In this document: positions 28,423 to 35,984 of the stretch, piece by piece
How positions within the stretch are numbered: the stretch's first letter is position 1
How the letters are laid out: each line of letters opens with the position of its first letter
Program-made: the position numbers and the translations under genes
NCBI GenBank assembly: GCA_001004265.1
Contig: LCQS01000004.1
Span: forward strand, 1 to 51,460
Length of the DNA stretch: 51,460 nt
Direction of reading: 5' to 3'
Source: Parcubacteria group bacterium GW2011_GWA2_51_10
GTDB lineage: Bacteria > Patescibacteriota > Minisyncoccia > Phycocordibacterales > UBA2100
Notes under the pieces: generated by a model
What the model was told of the DNA's origin: nothing
Databases searched by the model: none
Seen by the model: the letters and a program-made list of their open reading frames with translations, nothing else

Positions 28423-28635
28423 GCAGCATTTTGGTGCACTCTAGGGCTGGATTGACACCCTATTGCTGGCTGGCCTGCGCTTAGCCATTTGAAGAATTAA
28501 TCATCGATTCGAGAGCTCTGATGTTTTCGCTAATTGCTTCCATGGTATATAGCATATTTTCATCAATGAGGACTGAAGTTTGATTAGGGCAAGAAACCAT
28601 ATACCCCTGAAACATCAGTGTTCTTTACTGGGGGG

Positions 28636-29178
28636 TTACCGACCAAGTAACACAAGGGCCATGACACTTAAAGCGCGACCCGGGTGCACGCATAATTGTT
28701 TGTCCATTGTACTGTCCTCGAAGAAACGAGCGATTCGATCGTTATCGCTTCCACTGTCTGTTCTAAGCTTGAGAGATTTATATTTTCCGAATTCTCGCGT
28801 AAGAAAACTCTTGATATTTTCCTCGCTTACCAAATCTCCTGGCGAAGCTTGAATATCCATTTCGGCTGTGGGTAACCCGTCATATGGATAGGAGAGTGCT
28901 TTCCTGTATTGCTCAACATTTTCCGGTTTAATATTATGGACCCTTACCGCTTCGTTAAACGCTCCTTCTTCAGTTACCGTTTTTTTGATAATAAGTCCAG
29001 GATAAGCCGTTTTCATATCATTTGTAAGACTGGCTAGTTCCTCCGCTGATGATCCTCGTTGAAATATAAAAATCAAAGGACTTTTTGCCTTATCTCTCAG
29101 CCATATGCAAGAACCACTTGCACTTATCCAGAGTATTAAAAAAATTACGCCCAGCGCCATGAAGACATTTCTCATCAT
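28636..29178 (-). CDS. Hypothetical membrane-anchored protein in an AT-richer patch
   Basis: 180-aa ORF with an N-terminal TM segment and no recognisable domain. Confidence 0.45.
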   Translation of the reverse strand: MMRNVFMALGVIFLILWISASGSCIWLRDKAKSPLIFIFQRGSSAEELASLTNDMKTAYPGLIIKKTVTEEGAFNEAVRVHNIKPENVEQYRKALSYPYDGLPTAEMDIQASPGDLVSEENIKSFLTREFGKYKSLKLRTDSGSDNDRIARFFEDSTMDKQLCVHPGRALSVMALVLLGR

Positions 29179-29267
29179 CTACATTCTATCTTATTTTCTC
29201 GACACCCGGTCGAGGACGTAACTTGTTTCTCTCAGATGCAAAACCAGTCCGGCTTTCTACTATGCGT

Positions 29268-29450
29268 GTTGCGGGGGGCTAGACTCGTCGCTGCGCTCCT
29301 CTTTGAGAACCCACAGTTCTCAACGCTCGCAAGCTCGCTGCTCTCTTCCACAGGAAACTCCCGTTTCCTGGCACTTTCCCAGTCCTTCTCCCGCAACTCG
29401 CTGAAATGCAAAAATCCTCCCAAACTGAGAGGATTCTTGCTGCGAGTTGC
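29268..29450 (+). repeat. Repeat B (family R1, tRNA-fMet 3'-flank element), plus orientation
   Basis: Starts with GTTGCGGGGGGCTAGAC. Shares TCCACAGGAAACTCCCGTTTCCTGGCACTTTCCC, CCCGCAACTCGC, AAATGCAAAAA, GAGGATTCTTGCT and GCGAGTTGC with the reverse complement of 31030..31194. Confidence 0.8.
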
Positions 29451-29525
29451 ACTGGCAGGACGGGATTGGCACCTGATTCTGGTGTGGATGCGAGATGCGG
29501 CTGCAACTAGCGCTACGCCAGACTT
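29451..29525 (-). pseudogene. Degenerate remnant resembling the 3' half of tRNA-fMet
   Basis: The minus strand reads ..CAGGTGCcaatcccGTCCTGCCagtGCAACTCGC, against CAGGTGCAAGTCCTGCCCCCGCAACTCGC in the real gene. It cannot be folded into a cloverleaf. Confidence 0.35.
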
Positions 29526-29529
29526 AGTA

Positions 29530-29562
29530 CTCGCAAAATGCAACGCCCGCGTTAGCGGGCGT
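29530..29562 (-). terminator. GC-rich hairpin downstream of the minus-strand ORF 29581..29850
   Basis: ACGCCCGC-gtta-GCGGGCGT. On the minus strand it is followed by TGCATTTTG. Confidence 0.5.
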
Positions 29563-29580
29563 GCGTAGTGGCGAACTTCA

Positions 29581-29850
29581 CTACGTCCATAGATCGGCGA
29601 GTGCTTCCGGTGTCAGATCGCTCGGCGCATGCGGGACAAGACTCCCGCCGAGCCCGATTATTGCGCGAGCCTTATTGATCGTGTCCTTCGGAATCGTTTC
29701 CGTGAATGTTCCTTTGAGTGCGGAAACGAAGTCGCCTCGGCTTTGCGCATCGAAGAACGCCTGTACAACCGGGTTGGTGCTTTTTGCGTAGAACATGTGA
29801 GGGTCCTCCTCCAGGTTTAGCAGTATGTCTTTTATTTCAAAATCGGGCAT
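29581..29850 (-). CDS. Hypothetical 89-aa protein
   Basis: ORF with a downstream hairpin and no recognisable motif. Confidence 0.4.
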   Translation of the reverse strand: MPDFEIKDILLNLEEDPHMFYAKSTNPVVQAFFDAQSRGDFVSALKGTFTETIPKDTINKARAIIGLGGSLVPHAPSDLTPEALADLWT

Positions 29851-29895
29851 GTGTCAAGGCCACCAGATTTCTGGTGCAAAATGCGTCCTATTTCT

Positions 29896-29937
29896 GTTGC
29901 GGGGGCTAGACTCGTCGCTGCGCTCCTCTTTGAGAAC
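29896..29937 (+). repeat. Repeat C: truncated copy of the first ~40 nt of repeat B
   Basis: GTTGCGGGGGCTAGACTCGTCGCTGCGCTCCTCTTTGAGAAC is almost identical to 29268..29310. Confidence 0.8.
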
Positions 29938-29962
29938 TCCCATTTCGACAGTTGGGACTACT

Positions 29963-30646
29963 TCAAGAAGCGTATCCTGCGACAGCAGAAATTGAACCGA
30001 GAATCTGTCGCCGCAGTGCTGTGGCCCTACGGACTTTAACTCGAAGTGTCCCGAAATGCGTGGTCGTGTTTGTGTACACTTTGCGAGATTGCACTTTTAT
30101 GAGGCTTGCTTGAGTAAATTGTGACGAGGATATACCTGTTACGCGAGCCCAATATCTTTCAACCACACCTATACGACTCTTATGTGCCTCATTAATTGAC
30201 ACCCTCAGGATCAAATGCTTTTTAGAAATCCCGTATGTTTCAAAGACCCATCTGATAAAGGCCCGGATAATGTCAGGATTACTATTTGTAAAGCCGCATT
30301 CCTCGTTTCCTTTTTTGTAACCCTCTCCCCAGTAGAGACCGAGTCCCAACATAAAGAAGTCGCGTTTCGTAATATTTCCGACTTCACGACGACCTCTATC
30401 TTCTGCAAGTCGCGTATCGAGAATTCTTTGAGCGCGTTTCTTTTCTGATGATATTAGCCGTCCTATTCTGCCACCTGCTTCTCTTCTTTCAGCCAACCTC
30501 CGTAATTGCGCGCTGCTCAATTGAATGTCTCTGCACCAGTAGCTCACGGTACTCTTACTTGTGTATAGATCTCTCGCAATTTCATTAATGCTCCGCCCTT
30601 TCATTCGGAGCTTACAAGCTTTGTCTCGGAGTTCGACATCTGCCAT
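29963..30646 (-). CDS. HTH domain plus single-motif LAGLIDADG-like putative homing endonuclease
   Basis: N-terminal GRSINEIARDLYTSKSTVSYW (HTH). FFMLGLGLYWGEGYK then FTNSNPDIIRAFIRWV resembles the LAGLIDADG helix and following strands. Confidence 0.5.
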   Translation of the reverse strand: MADVELRDKACKLRMKGRSINEIARDLYTSKSTVSYWCRDIQLSSAQLRRLAERREAGGRIGRLISSEKKRAQRILDTRLAEDRGRREVGNITKRDFFMLGLGLYWGEGYKKGNEECGFTNSNPDIIRAFIRWVFETYGISKKHLILRVSINEAHKSRIGVVERYWARVTGISSSQFTQASLIKVQSRKVYTNTTTHFGTLRVKVRRATALRRQILGSISAVAGYAS

Positions 30647-30730
30647 CCGACCAGCATATCATAAGGTAGCTACATACATTATCGGTTGTGCAGTACTTGT
30701 GTGAATATATCGAACATGTATAGTAATAAA

Positions 30731-31029
30731 AGCGGGGTGGAGCAGTAGTAGCTCGCAAGGCTCAAATGGGCTCATTCAGCAGTAATGCTGGATGGAACAT
30801 CTGTCAAAGTCGGTGAAATCTTATTCGCAGTGCGAAGTGACAATACCGAGCCAAGTCCAGAGAGTAATCGAAGGAAAGGTGTAGAGACTAGACGGCAGAT
30901 TCCCGAACGTAAAGTCGAGGGAAAAGGTATAGTCCAGACCACAAATCTTATCCATTGGGATGAGAGCGATGAAAATCGTAGATGGAATGCATAACCTTGA
31001 GGTCGCAGGTGCAAGTCCTGCCCCCGCAA
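30731..31029 (+). tRNA. Initiator-type tRNA-Met (anticodon CAT) interrupted by a group I intron
   Basis: Exons 30731..30762 and 30990..31029 join to AGCGGGGTGGAGCAGTAGTAGCTCGCAAGGCT|CATAACCTTGAGGTCGCAGGTGCAAGTCCTGCCCCCGCAA. This is collinear with canonical bacterial tRNA-fMet. Confidence 0.8.
30763..30989 (+). ncRNA. Group I intron (IC3-like tRNA intron), no internal ORF
   Basis: P1 GCUC/GGGC with a U.G at the splice site; terminal G at 30989. GNRA hairpins CAGCA-GUAA-UGCUG and GCGAU-GAAA-AUCGU. Core strings GUCAAAGUCGGUGAAA, CCGAGCCAAGUCC, GGUGUAGAGACUAGACGGCAG and AAGGUAUAGUCC. Confidence 0.8.
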
Positions 31030-31194
31030 CTCGCAAGCAAGAATCCTCCGCAAGGAGGGTTTTTGCATTTGAATTTTGCGAGTTGCGGGGGCAGGGCCGG
31101 GAAAGTGTCAGGAAACGGGAGTTTCCTGTGGAGGAAGGCAGGGCGAAGCCCGCTGGAAAACCGTGGGTTTCCAGAATGTCTAGTCCCCCGCAAC
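31030..31194 (-). repeat. Repeat D (family R1), inverted relative to B, abutting the tRNA 3' end
   Basis: See repeat B. It ends with a second direct copy of CCCCCGCAAC (31185-31194; first copy 31021-31030). An inverted copy GTTGCGGGGG lies at 31082-31091. Confidence 0.8.
31045..31064 (+). terminator. Rho-independent terminator after tRNA-fMet
   Basis: CCTCC-gcaa-GGAGG followed by GTTTTT. Confidence 0.7.
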
Positions 31195-31303
31195 AAAAAA
31201 ACTGATAGGAACTTCCATACCATTTTTGGTATGGAGGAAGGGCTTCGAAAGGGGTCGAAAAAGATTTATTTTTAGAGACGCATACCGATAATCCCTGGAT
31301 TTT

Positions 31304-31486
31304 CTATTCCGCCTTTGATGCGCAAATAGCTTCGGTAAGGATAAGAAGTGCGACGATACCAATCGAGATAAGTAATTGTTTGCCGGCGGCGTTCAGTATC
31401 GCGTTGCCGATAGAGAAAATAAAATACGCAAATGCTATTGCGAGAAGCAGGGTATTAATGCCGAGTAGCGTATTCCACCTGCGCAT
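31304..31486 (-). CDS. Small two-TM hydrophobic protein
   Basis: 60-aa ORF, strongly hydrophobic. Confidence 0.35.
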   Translation of the reverse strand: MRRWNTLLGINTLLLAIAFAYFIFSIGNAILNAAGKQLLISIGIVALLILTEAICASKAE

Positions 31487-31555
31487 GCATTATTTTTAGC
31501 ATATAACTGACCGGATATGGAGAATTATCCGGAAATCGCTTATATTCATATTGTC

Positions 31556-31628
31556 GCCGGCGTAGCTCAGTGGTAGTAGCGGACGTTTCATAAGCGTCAG
31601 GTCGCAGGTCCGATTCCTGCCGCCGGCA
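31556..31628 (+). tRNA. tRNA-Met or Ile2 (anticodon CAT), elongator type
   Basis: Acceptor GCCGGCG/CGCCGGC, anticodon loop TTCATAA, T-arm GCAGG-TCCGATT-CCTGC. Confidence 0.85.
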
Positions 31629-31666
31629 TTGGAAAAGAGATAACTGTGAGCTAAAATGCGCCCGTT

Positions 31667-31740
31667 GCGGCCGCAGCTCGACCCGGTGGAGCGCTTCCCT
31701 GTCACGGAAGAGGTTGCGGGTTCAAATCCCGTCGGCCGCG
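31667..31740 (+). tRNA. tRNA-Asp (anticodon GTC)
   Basis: Acceptor GCGGCCG/CGGCCGC, anticodon loop CTGTCAC, T-arm GCGGG-TTCAAAT-CCCGT. Confidence 0.9.
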
Positions 31741-31827
31741 CAAAATCTTTGATGTTGAAAGTAGGGCTCGTTTAGAGCGGGCAACGGGACAGTTGAACCG
31801 TACTTGTTACAATGGCTGTACAAGACT

Positions 31828-32847
31828 ATGAGCGTAGAGAAAGTCGGCGGACGGCGCGGATTCGAGTCCAAGTCCAACGTGGATAAAGCAAGCCAGTATC
31901 AGCAAACAGTTAGAAAACAAGCAGAAATATTGAAAACTCGTTATCCCGAGGAAGTTGGCTGGATAGAAGATGTTGTGCAAGCGATAGACTTCGACGAATT
32001 GAGAGGTGTTTTTTTTGAACTAACGGCCAAATCACAGGTTGCTAGAGAAGACGTCAACTTCATCCCTCGGGAGAATATATTCATAGTCCCGCCGAGTGTG
32101 ATAACTACTCCGGGCAGTAGCTCGGCGTTTAAGATCGAAGAAAATGTCATCCTAATGTCTGCACAGGAAATGCTTGAAACGAGGAAGAAACGAGGAGAAA
32201 TTCAGGCACGGCAGATAATCTTGTATGAGCTTATACATGAATATTGCCACGCGGTCGGAGCGAACCGAGCCGAGCAGGGACCATATAAAGAACGTTCGGA
32301 CGTCGATCTGCGCGAGAAGAACGTGGCGTACGCCAAAGTCCAAAGCCTAATTGAAAAGAAAAGTGGCAAGGATCAGGTCATCGATTCTGCGAACTCGTTC
32401 ATGCTTTTCAATGAGGGCATTACAGACGAGATCGCCCATCGCGTCCTTGAAACATACTTGTCGAGAAAAGACTTCTTTGGAATTACTGCATCAAGCCTGT
32501 TCAAAAAAGAAAAAGAGGGGCTCTTCTCGTTCTCTCCGCATATGTCTATCCACTACCGCACCGCACGCACCTTTGCCGACATGCTCGTTGATAGGATTTC
32601 TAAGATTTCCGAAGTGCCAAAAGATGTCGTTTGGAATGGCGTCATCGGTGACTATTTCCGTGGAACGGGACTACCTAAAGAGCTGTTAGACGAAGTGATC
32701 GGTCCCGGCTTCACTTATAATCTAGGTGAAGCCGAGAGCGCCGCAGACCTAAAAGATCTTGCGAAACATTTCGACTTCTCGGATCCTCGACCGGGCACCG
32801 TAGAACGACTTAAGAGTTATTTCCGGTCAGGGATAAGGTTCGAATAA
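31828..32847 (+). CDS. Hypothetical HExxH protein (putative MA-clan/gluzincin-like metallopeptidase); paralogue of 43595..44827
   Basis: LIHEYCHAVG, then ~55 aa downstream FNEGITDEIA. The track start 31804 is TTG; the first ATG is at 31828. Confidence 0.45.
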   Translation: MSVEKVGGRRGFESKSNVDKASQYQQTVRKQAEILKTRYPEEVGWIEDVVQAIDFDELRGVFFELTAKSQVAREDVNFIPRENIFIVPPSVITTPGSSSAFKIEENVILMSAQEMLETRKKRGEIQARQIILYELIHEYCHAVGANRAEQGPYKERSDVDLREKNVAYAKVQSLIEKKSGKDQVIDSANSFMLFNEGITDEIAHRVLETYLSRKDFFGITASSLFKKEKEGLFSFSPHMSIHYRTARTFADMLVDRISKISEVPKDVVWNGVIGDYFRGTGLPKELLDEVIGPGFTYNLGEAESAADLKDLAKHFDFSDPRPGTVERLKSYFRSGIRFE

Positions 32848-32926
32848 TTAATGCCCGACCTTATTCGACACGAGCGTCGGAATACGGACGTGTCCACATT
32901 CTCGCGTATCCTGGTTCGAACATCGT

Positions 32927-32947
32927 CTACGAGCTCGCGCAGCGATT
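32927..32947 (+). repeat. Second copy of the CTACGAG(G)CTCGCGCAGCGATT motif
   Basis: Near-identical to 659..680; both lie shortly downstream of a stop codon. Confidence 0.6.
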
Positions 32948-32987
32948 AATTCATACACTCTACAGTTTGCTGCAATAAAATTGCATC

Positions 32988-33254
32988 ATGGAACGCTTTC
33001 TCAAGCGCTGTTTTGCGGTACTCATTGGATTAGTGCTCGTATTTGCGCCGAGTGCGGTTGCGTTCGCGTGGTCGCCATTTCAAGCCGGGCCAACGTACTG
33101 GTGTGGGTCTTACTGGTCGTATAGTCCCTGCTCATACACGCGTTATTACAATTATCCTTCATACACTCCCACGTACTACTATCCCGTCTACTATTACTAC
33201 ACTCTGCCGACTTTCTATTATTACTCGTATCCGACCTGGCCCAATTACTGGTAA
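32988..33254 (+). CDS. Small secreted Tyr/Pro/Trp-rich protein
   Basis: Signal peptide ...APSAVAFA, then 61 residues of which 20 are Tyr (YYNYPSYTPTYYYPVYYYYTLPTFYYYSYPTWPNYW). Confidence 0.5.
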   Translation: MERFLKRCFAVLIGLVLVFAPSAVAFAWSPFQAGPTYWCGSYWSYSPCSYTRYYNYPSYTPTYYYPVYYYYTLPTFYYYSYPTWPNYW

Positions 33255-33323
33255 GTATGACTTTCAACGCGGCCTCGAAGAGAGGCCGCGGATTTGCTAT
33301 ATTAATCGCTCATCACAGCAACT

Positions 33324-34625
33324 ATGAAAGCAAAATTCGAATACAAGAAGACTGCCTCATATGAAGGCGAAGTAGGGCACGTTGATACAGTGCTTCTCCT
33401 CTATTCCGGAGGGCTCGATACTTCTGTCATGCTGAAGTGGATTCAGGACAATTACAAAGCAAAAATCGTCACGCTTACGCTCGACATTGGCCAGCAGAAA
33501 GATGATCTCGAACAAATACGCAAAAAGGCTCTACGCCTGGGAGCAATTGACGCAATAGTTCTCGATGCGAAACAAGAATTCGCTGATGAATTCATAGCGA
33601 AAGGCATCAAGGCGAATGCTTCGTATCAGGGTGAATATCATCTCTCTACGCCAATTGGGCGCGCAATCACCGCAAAGAAAGGCGTCGAGATAGCGAAAAA
33701 GAAAAAAATCACCTGTATCGCGCACGGATGCACGGGGAAAGGCAACGATCAGGTGCGTCTCGAAGGGTACATCCTCGCGCTCGATCCGGAAATGAAAATT
33801 ATTGCGCCCGTGCGCGAATGGAACATGGATCGCGCAGAAGAAATAGAGTATGCGCGGCAACATGGCATTGAAGTGCCAGTAAAAAAAGATTTCCCGTATT
33901 CTGTGGACGACAACATGTGGGGCATGACGTGGGAAGGAGGAGAGATAGAAAATCCAGCATCTGTGCCTCGCGTAGAGAATTTTCTCACGGCATATACGCG
34001 GCCCGAAAATGCGCCTGATAAATCCGAGATCGTCACGTTGGATTTCAAAAACGGAATTCCGCACAGCCTGAATGGCGCAACAATGCCGCTTGCCGAATTA
34101 ATTCGAAAACTCAATGGAATCGGGGGCCGCCACGGCGTCGGTGTCGCGTACATGATCGAGGATCGGCTCATCGGCCTCAAGGACCGGGGCGTATATGAAC
34201 AGCCGGCTGCGCACATAATCATCGAGGCACATCGCGCGCTCGAGCGATACGTATCAACGCGTGAACTGAATGAGGTAAAGAGCGCACTCGATATTAAGTG
34301 GGGCTATCTTTGCTATGGCGCGAAATGGTACGACCCGACAATGGATGCGATCAATGCATTCAACGACAGCGTCAATGAGAGGGTCACCGGCACAATAAAA
34401 TTGAAACTCTACAAGGGAGCAGTGAATGTCGTCGCGCTCGACTCTGCCTATGGTCTCCAGCACGCGTCTTTCAATGTGAAAGAGGGGTACAGATTCAATG
34501 TGAACGCGAGTGCCGGATTCACCGAAATTTATACTCTGCAGATGAAAATCGCCAACCAAATTAGATCGACGGGCGCGCCAGACAAAAAGGGAAAGAAGAA
34601 GCCGGCCTCCGGCGAGGCGAAATAG
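33324..34625 (+). CDS. argG: Argininosuccinate synthase
   Basis: YSGGLDTS ATP-binding motif, AHGCTGKGNDQVR, and a Lys-rich C-terminal tail. Confidence 0.95.
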   Translation: MKAKFEYKKTASYEGEVGHVDTVLLLYSGGLDTSVMLKWIQDNYKAKIVTLTLDIGQQKDDLEQIRKKALRLGAIDAIVLDAKQEFADEFIAKGIKANASYQGEYHLSTPIGRAITAKKGVEIAKKKKITCIAHGCTGKGNDQVRLEGYILALDPEMKIIAPVREWNMDRAEEIEYARQHGIEVPVKKDFPYSVDDNMWGMTWEGGEIENPASVPRVENFLTAYTRPENAPDKSEIVTLDFKNGIPHSLNGATMPLAELIRKLNGIGGRHGVGVAYMIEDRLIGLKDRGVYEQPAAHIIIEAHRALERYVSTRELNEVKSALDIKWGYLCYGAKWYDPTMDAINAFNDSVNERVTGTIKLKLYKGAVNVVALDSAYGLQHASFNVKEGYRFNVNASAGFTEIYTLQMKIANQIRSTGAPDKKGKKKPASGEAK

Positions 34626-34628
34626 TGC

Positions 34629-35921
34629 ATGAGCAAACTCTGGAAAAAACCGGGACAGGGACCAAATCCTGCGATCGAGAAGTACACGGTGGGGAGCGAT
34701 TACATTTTTGACAGGGAGTTGATTCTATTCGACGTCCGGGCGAGCGCGGCACACGCGAAAGCGCTGCAGAAGGCCGGCATTCTCACGCAGCAAGAGCTCG
34801 AGCGCCTCGAGCTGGCACTTCGCGATCTTGAAAAAGAATTCGCTGACGGAAAGACAGAGATCAAGCGCGAAGACGAGGACTGCCACACGGTGATCGAAAA
34901 TTATCTGACGGAAAAACTCGGCGATCTTGGTAAGAAAATCCATACAGGGAGAAGTCGTAACGATCAGGTGCTCGTTGCCCTGCGCCTTTATATGAAGGAT
35001 CGGCTTTTCGCGATCGAGAGGGGATGCGCAGAATTGGCAGGGCGCTTTCTCGATTTTGCGGAAAAATATCAGGACGTAGCCATGCCGGGGTACTCGCACA
35101 CGCAGCAGGCGATGCTCGGAAGCGTCGGCCACTATTTTTCCGCATATGCGGAAAGCTTAATTGACGACGCTGAATTTCTGGTGGCGATTCGAAAACACAT
35201 CGACAAGAACCCACTTGGCTCTGCGGCAGGATTCGGAACAGCCATTCCAGTCGACAGAGAAGAGACGACAAAAGAGCTCGAGTTCGCAGCGCTTCAAATA
35301 AATTCTTTATATTGCCAAAATTCGCGCGGTAAATTCGAGAGCGCATTTCTGGAGGGCGTTGTGCAAGTGATGATGACGCTCGGGAAGTTTGCATCGGATC
35401 TCATTCTTTTCACATCCCGTGAATTCGATTTCTTCCACGCGGATGACTCGATAGTTACGGGTTCAAGCATCATGCCACAAAAGCGCAATCTCGATGTCTT
35501 GGAAATTATGCGCGGCAATCTCTCTGTCGTTGTAGCAAACCAGCTTGCGGTGAAAGAGATAAGCAAGAATTTAATATCGGGCTATAGCAGAGATTTGCAA
35601 CTCATAAAAAAACCTTTGTTTGAAAGCGTGGATATAGTGCTCGGAAGTCTCGAGGCGGCAAAAATAGTTTTGAGAGGACTCTCGCCGAAAAAAGATTCGA
35701 TCGCGGCAAAAATACAGCCCGACATTTACGCGGCGGATATCGCAAACACACTGGTGCTTGAGAAAGGAATCCCATTTCGCGATGCGTATAGTGAGGCGCT
35801 TACGACGGTGGCGGGACACACAGCGGACCCGAAGAAAAATCTTGCCTCTAAAACAGTGGTCGGCTCACCGGGCAATCTACAAATTGATGCTTTGAGAAAG
35901 CGGGCCGCAATGCATCTCTAA
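34629..35921 (+). CDS. argH: Argininosuccinate lyase
   Basis: HTGRSRNDQV and the GSSIMPQKRN fumarate-lyase signature. Confidence 0.95.
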   Translation: MSKLWKKPGQGPNPAIEKYTVGSDYIFDRELILFDVRASAAHAKALQKAGILTQQELERLELALRDLEKEFADGKTEIKREDEDCHTVIENYLTEKLGDLGKKIHTGRSRNDQVLVALRLYMKDRLFAIERGCAELAGRFLDFAEKYQDVAMPGYSHTQQAMLGSVGHYFSAYAESLIDDAEFLVAIRKHIDKNPLGSAAGFGTAIPVDREETTKELEFAALQINSLYCQNSRGKFESAFLEGVVQVMMTLGKFASDLILFTSREFDFFHADDSIVTGSSIMPQKRNLDVLEIMRGNLSVVVANQLAVKEISKNLISGYSRDLQLIKKPLFESVDIVLGSLEAAKIVLRGLSPKKDSIAAKIQPDIYAADIANTLVLEKGIPFRDAYSEALTTVAGHTADPKKNLASKTVVGSPGNLQIDALRKRAAMHL

Positions 35922-35984
35922 ACTTCATTCTCAATTCATCGCTCCGAGTGATACGTTATGGATAATTATCCCATCATGATCTGT

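Noticed and set aside
28481-28615. 44-aa minus-strand ORF downstream of 28636..29178
   Set aside because: It is too short and featureless to call. I mention it only in the AT-rich patch finding.
29451-29525. A functional minus-strand tRNA gene
   Set aside because: I tried several registers. There is no 7-bp acceptor stem, no U33-containing 7-nt anticodon loop and no 5-bp T-stem with a 7-nt loop. I keep it only as a decayed remnant.
29232-29568. ORFs 29236..29568 (+), 29232..29543 (-) and 29279..29506 (-)
   Set aside because: They are contained in repeat B and the tRNA-like remnant. The same sequence recurs inverted at 31030..31194, so the open frames are a by-product of the repeat.
30772-31275. 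Several 70-100-aa ORFs (30772..31068 minus, 30785..30994 plus, 30948..31223 minus, 30960..31205 plus, 30982..31275 plus)
   Set aside because: They overlap the group I intron, the tRNA 3' exon and repeat D. RNA and repeat explanations are much stronger.
31496-31705. 69-aa minus-strand ORF
   Set aside because: It lies across tRNA-Met and tRNA-Asp.
32895-32925. A tRNA-like T-arm string CCTGGTTCGAACATCG
   Set aside because: There is no complementary T-stem and no acceptor or anticodon arms nearby.
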